A stretch of DNA of 64,000 bases from Spirochaetaceae bacterium. Its GTDB lineage: Bacteria > Spirochaetota > Spirochaetia > DSM-2461. This document shows, piece after piece, positions 56,154 to 64,000 of the stretch. The position numbers and the translations under genes were made by a program. Numbering within the stretch: position 1 is the stretch's first letter; each line of letters begins with the position of its first letter. The notes below the pieces were generated by a model. That model saw only the letters and a list, made by a program, of their open reading frames with translations, searched no databases and was not told the DNA's origin. The DNA is taken from positions 96,001 to 160,000 of the forward strand of contig JAOPTT010000001.1 of the NCBI GenBank assembly GCA_051531975.1. Direction: 5' to 3'.

Positions 56154-58343
56154 ATGAGTATTAGTTACGATAGTATAAAAAAGCAGTTTCATCTACATAC
56201 AAAAGAGACCAGTTATCTGATGGAGATAATTAACGATAAACACCTAGCTCATGCCTATTGGGGAAAAAGAGTACATAGTGAAAATATAGACAGGTTAGTG
56301 GATCTTTATGCTGTTAGTAGCTTCTCTCCACTACCTGACTCAGGGCGAAAAGACATATCTTTTGATACTATACCAAGGGAATTCCCAGACTATGGACGTT
56401 CAGATTATGAGAGTCCAGCAATAGAGATAACAACTGATTTAAGTTCTCATATAATTGAACCAAACTACCACTCTCATAAAATAGTTAAGGGTAAACCAGA
56501 AATAGAAGGGTTACCATCCACATATTTAAATCAAGACGATTCTACTGACACACTTATAATTAAGTTAGAAGACAAACTTCTAAACCTAGTAATAAAACTA
56601 TATTATTCAGTATCAGAAGAGTACAATGTTATTACTAGACATGTTGTTGTGGAAAACATTGGAAAACAATCTGTAGTACTAAATAAGATTATGAGTTCCA
56701 ATGTGGACTTTATTCAGGACAGTAATTTTGAACTAATAAATTTATTTGGATCATGGACTGGAGAGAGACAAGTTTCCAGAATCCCTGTAGGAAGAAGTGG
56801 ACATATTGTTGATAGTAAAAGAGGATCAAGCTCCCATGAACAAAACCCTTTTATTGCTATATCCCGTCCTGAAACAACTGATTTTAATGGAGAAGTATAT
56901 AGTATGAACCTAGTTTATAGTGGTTCATTTTCTTCTGAAGTTTCTGTTAATGCTTATGGCAAAACAAGAATGATGATGGGTATAAATCCTATCGATTTTG
57001 AGTGGAATCTAGAAACTGGAAAGAGATTTACGTCCCCGGAAGCTGTTTTAGTCTATTCAGACAAAGGTCTAAATGGAATGTCTTCCCTCTATCACCGGCT
57101 CTACCGTGAAAGATTATGTCGAGGGACTTGGCAATACAAAGAGCGACCAATCCTTATTAATAACTGGGAAGCCACCTACTTTAATTTTAATGAAGACAAA
57201 ATTAAGAACCTAATCGATGAAAGTTGCAAACTAGGTTTAGAGCTTTTTGTTCTAGATGATGGTTGGTTTGGAAAAAGAGATTCTGATACCTGTAGTCTTG
57301 GTGACTGGTTTGTACACAAAGAGAAACTACCAGGTGGATTAGAAACACTATCTGATTATGCTCATAAAAAAGGAATGATGTTTGGACTTTGGTTTGAACC
57401 AGAGATGATATCCCCAATAAGTGAACTCTATGAGGCCCATGAAGACTGGTGCCTTCATATAAAAAATAGATCAAGATCAGAGAGTAGGGATCAACTTATT
57501 TTAGATCTTGGTAGAGAAGATGTAAGAGATTATCTATTTGAATCTATATCAAAAATACTAAAGAGTACGCAAATTGATTATGTGAAATGGGATATGAATA
57601 GAAATATGACAGAGGTAGGTTCAGCTATTCTTCCAGCTAATAGACAAAAAGAGACAACTCATCGATACATTTTAGGTCTATATGAGTTAATGGAAAAAAT
57701 AACATCTAGTTTCCCTAATATTCTATTTGAAAGCTGTTCTGGTGGTGGAGGAAGATTTGATCCGGGAATGTTGCATTATATGCCACAAACATGGACAAGT
57801 GATAACTCCGATAGTTACGACAGGCTTAAAATACAGTGGGGAACATCCTATGTTTATCCTCCAATCTCTATGGGTTCCCACGTTTCAGAGATACCAAACC
57901 ACCAAGTACAGAGAAATACTCCATTCCATACTAGGGGCAATGTAGCCATGTCTGCAAACCTAGGATATGAACTGGATATTACAAAATCATCACAGGAAGA
58001 TAAGCAGTTGGTTAAAGAGCAGATAGAGGTTTATAAATCCATTAGACATACTGTTCAGTTTGGAGATTTTTATCGTCTACAATCCCCATATAAAGCCGAC
58101 TCAACAGCGTGGATGATTGTCTCTACAGATAAAAAACAGGTTGTTGTTTACTATTTTAATCATCTAGCGAAATACCACATAACTGTCGGAAAACTTAAAC
58201 TAACAGAGTTAGATCCAGAGGCTGAATATGTTTTAGATAGTGGACAAAAAATGTATGGGGATGCACTGATGCACTTTGGACTCAGAATTCCAGAAATGAA
58301 GGGTGACTTTGACTCTGCTATGATCATTTTAAATAGAAGTTAA
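56154..58343 (+). CDS. GH36 alpha-galactosidase
   Basis: INNWEATYF, LFVLDDGWFG, FGLWFEPEM, YVKWDMNR, ESCSGGGGRFD, WTSDNSD. Confidence 0.95.
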   Translation: MSISYDSIKKQFHLHTKETSYLMEIINDKHLAHAYWGKRVHSENIDRLVDLYAVSSFSPLPDSGRKDISFDTIPREFPDYGRSDYESPAIEITTDLSSHIIEPNYHSHKIVKGKPEIEGLPSTYLNQDDSTDTLIIKLEDKLLNLVIKLYYSVSEEYNVITRHVVVENIGKQSVVLNKIMSSNVDFIQDSNFELINLFGSWTGERQVSRIPVGRSGHIVDSKRGSSSHEQNPFIAISRPETTDFNGEVYSMNLVYSGSFSSEVSVNAYGKTRMMMGINPIDFEWNLETGKRFTSPEAVLVYSDKGLNGMSSLYHRLYRERLCRGTWQYKERPILINNWEATYFNFNEDKIKNLIDESCKLGLELFVLDDGWFGKRDSDTCSLGDWFVHKEKLPGGLETLSDYAHKKGMMFGLWFEPEMISPISELYEAHEDWCLHIKNRSRSESRDQLILDLGREDVRDYLFESISKILKSTQIDYVKWDMNRNMTEVGSAILPANRQKETTHRYILGLYELMEKITSSFPNILFESCSGGGGRFDPGMLHYMPQTWTSDNSDSYDRLKIQWGTSYVYPPISMGSHVSEIPNHQVQRNTPFHTRGNVAMSANLGYELDITKSSQEDKQLVKEQIEVYKSIRHTVQFGDFYRLQSPYKADSTAWMIVSTDKKQVVVYYFNHLAKYHITVGKLKLTELDPEAEYVLDSGQKMYGDALMHFGLRIPEMKGDFDSAMIILNRS

Positions 58344-58363
58344 TACTAGGAGTTTTATAAAAA

Positions 58364-59188
58364 ATGAAGATAAAAATACTTGGAACCGCTGCTGCGGAGG
58401 GCTGGCCAGCACTATTTTGTAACTGTAAAGCCTGTAATATAGCCAGAGAATTAGGTGGTAAAAATATTAGAACAAGGGCCTCTATTTTAATTGATGATCT
58501 ATTAAAAATAGACCTTCCTCCAGATACACTTATGCACAGTCATAACTATAACCTGGAACTACACAAACTAAAATATCTATTAATTACCCACTCACATGCA
58601 GATCACCTAAATGCCGATGACCTAGAGTTAATTATTGAACCCTTTGCTTATCCTGGAATTATAGATAGGTTAAAAATATACTCAAACAGAACAAGTAACA
58701 AAATCATAAAAAAAAGTATGAAAAGGCATGGCACAAACTTTAATAAAAATAAAGATCTGTTAAACAAACTTAGCGCATTTCAGGAGTTGTCTATACCACC
58801 TTATAATGTAACAACTCTAAAGGCCAACCATAGTCCAAAAGAAGAAGCTCTGAACTACATTATAGAAAAGCAAGGGAAAAGTTTACTCTATACCTGCGAT
58901 ACAGGATATTATCAGAAACATACATGGGATTTTCTTAAAGGTAAAAAAGTAGATATGGTAATAAGTGAGTGTACTATGGGCTGTGGAAAATCAGACTATA
59001 AATACCATATGGGTATGCTGGATGTAGTAAATTTCAAACAAAAGTCTGAAGAGATTGGTTTAACAGATATCAATACAAAATGGATATTAACACACTTCTC
59101 CCACGGAGGAGCTAAAACCCACAAAGAGCTGGAGGAATTAGCTTGTCCACATGGATTTATTATTGCCTGGGATGGAATGGAAATATAG
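58364..59188 (+). CDS. Metallo-beta-lactamase-fold hydrolase, PhnP-like
   Basis: LGTAAAEGWP..FCNC..C, THSHADH, LTHFSH, AWDGM. Confidence 0.88.
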   Translation: MKIKILGTAAAEGWPALFCNCKACNIARELGGKNIRTRASILIDDLLKIDLPPDTLMHSHNYNLELHKLKYLLITHSHADHLNADDLELIIEPFAYPGIIDRLKIYSNRTSNKIIKKSMKRHGTNFNKNKDLLNKLSAFQELSIPPYNVTTLKANHSPKEEALNYIIEKQGKSLLYTCDTGYYQKHTWDFLKGKKVDMVISECTMGCGKSDYKYHMGMLDVVNFKQKSEEIGLTDINTKWILTHFSHGGAKTHKELEELACPHGFIIAWDGMEI

Positions 59189-59218
59189 AGCAGACCCAGG
59201 AGACCACTTTACCATACC

Positions 59219-60067
59219 TTATAATTCGACAATTCCATATCCCAGACCTATAGTGTTCCCACTTAATAAAAAGCTTTTCATTTTTTTCTGTAACGATGAG
59301 TTCTCAGGCATATCCACTGATGGTTTAGAATAGTTCCCAAAAACCCTTTCCATGGCCTGTGTACCCTTTTCTTCATTCTTAATAAAATTAAACAATTCAG
59401 AAAACTTAATAATATTAGAATCCTTGTCCAAGATTCTTTTTAGGTTTTCATTTAATAACCATGAGTGGCATGCAGCTACGTTGTACTCTTTTTTGTAATG
59501 TGTTTTATAAAAACCTTTTGCCATATCCAGGGATGCCTGACATGATGTGATATCCAGTTTCTCCCCCTCTGGAATATGTATATATAGACAGCGGGTTAAT
59601 ACTGGGTATCCACCAATATTTTTATCCAAACGTCCAACTTCAAACTGCAGTCGCCCTAGTTTAAAAAGCTCTAACATTAGACTTTTTCTAACCCATCCGG
59701 TTCCTGTTAGTCCAACTTTACCACTACTTTTAAAATAACCATTTGACCAGACATTAATATCACTCATTGAGTCAGTAAATACTTTTAGGTCTATACCTCT
59801 ATCCACATACCTATCTCTACATCTACCTGAAAATATTACAACAAAATATAGATTTAATATGGGATGTATATCTTTTTTAAATTTTCTAGAGAGATAAAAA
59901 TCAAATACCTTTTTACTCATAATAAAAATCTTATATATTAAAGCCTCATTTTTATCGATTAATTCAAAAAGATCCCTATTCTCTTTTATATAAAGGGTCA
60001 TAAAATCGATTTCTCTCTTATTTAGAGATATCTGTTTGGCCATTTTAACAAATTCCACACTACTCAT
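59219..60067 (-). CDS. Acyltransferase-like protein (DUF5596 / GNAT-like C-terminal domain)
   Basis: LFKLGRLQFE, IHIPEG..L, CHSWLL, SNIIKF, SSLQK. Confidence 0.78.
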   Translation of the reverse strand: MSSVEFVKMAKQISLNKREIDFMTLYIKENRDLFELIDKNEALIYKIFIMSKKVFDFYLSRKFKKDIHPILNLYFVVIFSGRCRDRYVDRGIDLKVFTDSMSDINVWSNGYFKSSGKVGLTGTGWVRKSLMLELFKLGRLQFEVGRLDKNIGGYPVLTRCLYIHIPEGEKLDITSCQASLDMAKGFYKTHYKKEYNVAACHSWLLNENLKRILDKDSNIIKFSELFNFIKNEEKGTQAMERVFGNYSKPSVDMPENSSLQKKMKSFLLSGNTIGLGYGIVEL

Positions 60068-60171
60068 AATAATTACACCTCTATGACATACTAATGTCTT
60101 TGATAATATGATGATACTCTTACTATTATGATAAAGAAATGGCTTATTTGTCTATGTTTTTAACAATATCG
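60012..60171 (+). repeat. 160-bp exact direct repeat, copy 2
   Basis: Identical by eye to 51925-52084; covers the 5' end and upstream region of the acyltransferase gene. Confidence 0.9.
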
Positions 60172-60287
60172 TCTGAAAGTAGTGTTAAAATGTCCTGAGT
60201 AACTGTTCAACAAATCATTATTATATTCTTACACCCCGTCCTACAACGGGGCTTAATGAATAATAATATAGTTTCAGGTGTAAAGTT

Positions 60288-61187
60288 CTATAAAGTTATC
60301 CCGTCAATCATTTTCATAAATCTCCGTCCATATTCTATATAGTTATTATACTTAACTTCATTTTCTGTATTTACTAATTTATCATGAAATACAACAGACA
60401 TATGGGGCTCCATAGAAAACCCACCATCATAACCAAATTTTAGCAGATCAGTAACTATTTCTTTTACATGGCCCTCACCTTCTCCTGGGAAAGTCCATTT
60501 TGCATCGGGGAATACACCATCTGTCTCATTAAGATAAATTCCATCTTTAATATGAACATAATGAATAAATTCCCGAACCTGTTTATAAAACTCAAAGGCA
60601 TTCTGCTTTTTATATGGCTTAGCTCCCCTACTATCATAAGTCATTACAGGATTCCCTGTATCAAAAACCAGTTTGAAGTTAGGAGAATTTATCTGCTCCA
60701 GCAACTTTAAGGTATGCTGGGAGGACATTCCACCATAGTTCATACAGTTTTCATGCAGATAGAGGATTCCGGCGTCTTCACAAATATTTACTAGGTGTTT
60801 TACTTTAGAAAATACATGTTTTGTTATTTCAGGACTGTCTGGATCAGTATCCTTTACTAAAGCAAAACTCATTCCACGGAGCATTGTGGTTCCTAGTTTT
60901 TTCATTCTTGGAATAACATCTTTTAACTCTTTTATACTCTGCTCAAAAGCCTCTTCGCTTCTAGGGTCTTTCCCCCAGTTGGCTATAGCGGAACCATAAC
61001 AATTGATCTTTACATCATTAATCTTTAGTTTATCTGAAATCACTTCAAACTCTTCTTCAGTTAGAGTTGAAAGATTTTTAGAACCTATAGCTCGGGACTC
61101 AATATTTTCCCAACCTAGTTCATTTGTAACTTCTATCTGTTTATCAAAATCTTCAGATGCCTCGTCGGCAAAACCGGAATAATACAT
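60288..61187 (-). CDS. Sugar phosphate isomerase/epimerase (AP_endonuc_2 TIM barrel)
   Basis: SGFADEA, HENC, VFDTGN, YVHIKD, FSMEPH. Confidence 0.9.
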   Translation of the reverse strand: MYYSGFADEASEDFDKQIEVTNELGWENIESRAIGSKNLSTLTEEEFEVISDKLKINDVKINCYGSAIANWGKDPRSEEAFEQSIKELKDVIPRMKKLGTTMLRGMSFALVKDTDPDSPEITKHVFSKVKHLVNICEDAGILYLHENCMNYGGMSSQHTLKLLEQINSPNFKLVFDTGNPVMTYDSRGAKPYKKQNAFEFYKQVREFIHYVHIKDGIYLNETDGVFPDAKWTFPGEGEGHVKEIVTDLLKFGYDGGFSMEPHMSVVFHDKLVNTENEVKYNNYIEYGRRFMKMIDGITL

Positions 61188-61189
61188 AT

Positions 61190-61978
61190 CTACTCTATCC
61201 CCATAGCTTTCATATTATTATATGAGATTTTTAAAGATTCAAAAATATCCCGATCTCCCCTTGGTTGGTCCTGTTCAACAACATACCATCGGACATCTGT
61301 CTCAATACACGCCTTAATTATCTCTTCCCAATTAAGATTTCCTTCGCCTATTTCGGCAAATTCTGGAACAAAACTTTTTCTATCTTCATATTTAAGAGTA
61401 AAATCTTTGAAATGTAAAACAGATGTACGTCCTTTCATCTTCTTTATCCATCCCACAGGATCAGCTCCACCTCTCTGAATCCAGTGAAAATCTAGTTCTG
61501 CAAATAAGTCGGTACTTGTATTATCATATATCTCATCAAGAAATGTTTTATCTGTAAATTTTACAAACTCTTTTTCGTGGTTATGATATGCAAATATTAT
61601 ACCTTCTTGTTTGAATTTTTTCCCTATAACTTCTAAACGTGATGCCAATTCAAGGTTACCTGTAGCAGACCAAAAACCGTCTCCAGGGTATCCAAGAGCT
61701 GTAAAATCGCACTCTAGAGTTTTCATTTTTTTTACTATATTTTCAAAATTATTTTCATATGAATCCAGACCTTCATGGGTTGCACAGCAGTATAATTTAT
61801 GTTTATCCAAAAGGCCCTTTATTACTTCCGGTTTTATAGGACCGATCCCAGATACTTGAACAGCTTGGTAACCAATATCTTTGACTTTACCTAGAGTTTC
61901 ATCTAGGTCTTTCTCTGTTTTACAATAATCCCGAAGGTTAAATAGTGTAACTGCAATTTTACTGTTTGGTGCTTTCAT
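61190..61978 (-). CDS. Sugar phosphate isomerase/epimerase (AP_endonuc_2 TIM barrel)
   Basis: YHNHEKEF, ELDFHW...G.DP, LHFKD, WYVVEQD; start moved to ATG 61978 after AAGGA. Confidence 0.9.
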   Translation of the reverse strand: MKAPNSKIAVTLFNLRDYCKTEKDLDETLGKVKDIGYQAVQVSGIGPIKPEVIKGLLDKHKLYCCATHEGLDSYENNFENIVKKMKTLECDFTALGYPGDGFWSATGNLELASRLEVIGKKFKQEGIIFAYHNHEKEFVKFTDKTFLDEIYDNTSTDLFAELDFHWIQRGGADPVGWIKKMKGRTSVLHFKDFTLKYEDRKSFVPEFAEIGEGNLNWEEIIKACIETDVRWYVVEQDQPRGDRDIFESLKISYNNMKAMGIE

Positions 61979-61991
61979 TATATTTTTCCTT

Positions 61992-63173
61992 TTAAAATGA
62001 TGCCGACATATCAGCGACTTCAGTTGTATCTTCAACTTTCTTTTTTTCGAAAGTAGAAGAGTTTATTAAATCCATAAGTTTTTTCTCAAAAACATCCCCA
62101 TCTATTGGCATATCTATAGTGTTTCCTTCAAACTGGGATAACATTATTGCATTTCCAAGTGAGACTGAGTTTATACCCTCGGTTGCTGGTGCTATTAAAC
62201 TCTTACCATCTAAAATAGCATCTGCAAAGTTTTCTATAATTATTCTATGAGCCGAAGCTTCATTTTTAGGACATGGAATCTTAATCTCCCAATTCTCAAC
62301 TTTAGAAAAACCACTTTTTGCCTCTTTTAGATGTGTTAACATAGATTTTCGGTTTCTAAAAAATGTCAGTTCATCATTTTCGAAAACAATTTTCCCCATT
62401 TCACCAACTATCTCCAACCTGTTTGTACCTGGAGACTCCCCTGTTGAAGTGATAAAATGTCCAACCATACCGTTGTTATACTGAAAATACCCTGTAACTT
62501 CATCTTCCACTTCAATATCATGATACTTTCCAATAGACATGAATCCGGTAACTCTGTCAGGCATTCCAACAAACCACTGATATAGATCCAGTTGATGGGG
62601 ACACTGGTTTAATAGAACCCCTCCACCTTCACCTTTCCATGTAGCTCTCCAACCACCTTTATCATAGTAGTTCTGGGTTCTGAACCAATCTGTAATAATC
62701 CAACTAGTCCTAACAAGTTTTCCCAGCTCTCCTGAATCGATCAGATCCTTTATTTTTTTAAACTGTTCCAAAGTTCTCTGCTGGAACATAGCAGCAAATA
62801 GAACACTGGGATTTTTCTGTTTTGCTTCTTCCCAGGCTTTTACCATCTTTTTTATATCGTTACTGTGTACTCCAACAGGTTTTTCAGTAAGTACATGGAA
62901 TCCCTTCTCAAATGCATCGATAGCTATTACGGTGTGGTCATAGTGTGGAGTTGCAATAATAATTCCATCAAACTCCCCCCAGTTTAGGAGATCTTTATGA
63001 TTATAAAAAACTTCCACACCATACTCTTTGGCAAACTTATCTGCTTTGTACTTGTTAATATCACAAACAGCAACCAGTTTTGTATTTTTGGTATCTGTTA
63101 AACTTTTTAGATGGCTGGTTCCCATATTCCCCAGACCTACAACAGCTATTTTTGCTTGTAGTTTATCACTCAT
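61992..63173 (-). CDS. Gfo/Idh/MocA oxidoreductase
   Basis: VGLGNMG, TPHYDH, HVLTEKP, WRATWKGEGGGVLLNQCPHQLD. Confidence 0.93.
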   Translation of the reverse strand: MSDKLQAKIAVVGLGNMGTSHLKSLTDTKNTKLVAVCDINKYKADKFAKEYGVEVFYNHKDLLNWGEFDGIIIATPHYDHTVIAIDAFEKGFHVLTEKPVGVHSNDIKKMVKAWEEAKQKNPSVLFAAMFQQRTLEQFKKIKDLIDSGELGKLVRTSWIITDWFRTQNYYDKGGWRATWKGEGGGVLLNQCPHQLDLYQWFVGMPDRVTGFMSIGKYHDIEVEDEVTGYFQYNNGMVGHFITSTGESPGTNRLEIVGEMGKIVFENDELTFFRNRKSMLTHLKEAKSGFSKVENWEIKIPCPKNEASAHRIIIENFADAILDGKSLIAPATEGINSVSLGNAIMLSQFEGNTIDMPIDGDVFEKKLMDLINSSTFEKKKVEDTTEVADMSASF

Positions 63174-63191
63174 TTATTTACCTCTTTTAAT

Positions 63192-64000
63192 TTATATTAA
63201 TGTTAAATTTGGTTGTTCATACTCTTTAATTGGAAAAACTGTACCCTCTGCCTTTGAAGTTGAATTGTAGAAACCTAAGACTATTTCGTTGGCCAATGAA
63301 GCCTCTTTTATAGATAACAATGGTTTCCTGTTCTCTATTATTGCCTCAGAGAAATCTGAGAACAGAATATTATGAAGGTTTCCATAACATGTTTTTCCTG
63401 GAAGAGGTTTGTCATCTTTCATCATCAATTCAATTTCAGTTAGTTCTTTATGTATATGTTCTGATTCAATATTTAATTCTACAATTGAATCACTGCCATT
63501 TATGGTAAAACTTCCTAAACTCCCTGTAATTGTAAGGAATGGTTTCCATGACTCACCTTTGCTATTTTTTACATCTAATAATAAAGTACGGTTTTTTTCA
63601 TAACTGATTGACCCTAGAGCATAGTCTTCAACCTCAATTTCTGGAAGAGATCTATTTTCTACTTTACCAGTAAGGGATTGTGGTTTCCCTAGAAACAGAT
63701 TAGCTAGATCTATAGTATGAATGGCTTGATTAATTAGTGTGCCTCCACCTTCTGAGTCCCATCTTCCACGCCAAAAACCGGTATTATAATAATCCATTGA
63801 TCGATCACAACTAAAGTTGAGGTCTCCACTTAGTATGTCTCCAAAGATACCTCTATCTACAAGTTCTTTTAATTTAATAATAAGAGCTGAATGTCTATGC
63901 TGGAAAGCAGCAGTTGTTTTTAGATCTATTTGTTCAGTTAGTTCAACCATCTTATATATATCAGTAGGTGTCGTAGCCAACGGCTTTTCACATAAAACAT
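63192..64000 (-). CDS. Gfo/Idh/MocA oxidoreductase (5' part beyond the window end)
   Basis: VLCEKPLA at the window edge; WRGRWDSEGGGTLINQAIHTID. Confidence 0.9.
   Translation of the reverse strand, partial: VLCEKPLATTPTDIYKMVELTEQIDLKTTAAFQHRHSALIIKLKELVDRGIFGDILSGDLNFSCDRSMDYYNTGFWRGRWDSEGGGTLINQAIHTIDLANLFLGKPQSLTGKVENRSLPEIEVEDYALGSISYEKNRTLLLDVKNSKGESWKPFLTITGSLGSFTINGSDSIVELNIESEHIHKELTEIELMMKDDKPLPGKTCYGNLHNILFSDFSEAIIENRKPLLSIKEASLANEIVLGFYNSTSKAEGTVFPIKEYEQPNLTLI

Noticed and set aside
51865..60171. Prophage, IS or integron explanation for the TA-containing segment
   Set aside because: No integrase, transposase, terminal inverted repeats or attC-like sites recognised.
3006..63603. 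Numerous 60-190 aa ORFs nested in or antisense to long genes (e.g. 41450-42019, 46808-47218, 48433-48849)
   Set aside because: They overlap well-supported CDSs and show no recognisable motifs.
1..64000. CRISPR arrays, tRNA or rRNA genes
   Set aside because: No regularly spaced repeat-spacer pattern or structural RNA signature seen; the window is densely protein-coding.

Overview
AT-rich bacterial chromosome segment, probably from a free-living spirochaete. This is inferred from solute-binding-protein signal peptides ending in 'FASGQNE'/'FANGNKE'. The window is almost entirely an accessory glycan-catabolism region. (i) 1-12.4 kb: a family-5 ABC importer whose binding protein is circularly permuted, a sulfatase, two URO-D-like (MtaA/CmuA-type) proteins, AraC and paired GntR regulators, a 7TM-DISM adenylate cyclase and an AGE epimerase. 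(ii) 13.4-16.8 kb: an SsuABC-type ABC transporter divergent from a MenA-like prenyltransferase. (iii) 16.8-35 kb: a sulfated unsaturated-oligosaccharide locus with 2 GH88, 4 sulfatases, 2 paralogous SBPs, permeases, a sensor-AraC, a PHP-like hydrolase and a beta-propeller. A 92-bp non-coding element occurs twice in it, and a hairpin sequesters one RBS. (iv) 35.3-51.8 kb: GH125, an unknown 631-aa protein, a kinase, a phosphatase, an ABC transporter, a Gfo/Idh/MocA oxidoreductase and GH78. (v) 51.9-64 kb: a deletion-collapsed relic of the 59.2-64 kb oxidoreductase/TIM-barrel cluster. An exact 160-bp direct repeat brackets an 8.1-kb unit carrying two toxin-antitoxin pairs, a PI-PLC-like protein, GH36 and an MBL hydrolase. 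No rRNA, tRNA, CRISPR array or intact transposase/integrase was recognised. Functional calls come from motifs recognised by eye; no database searches were run.
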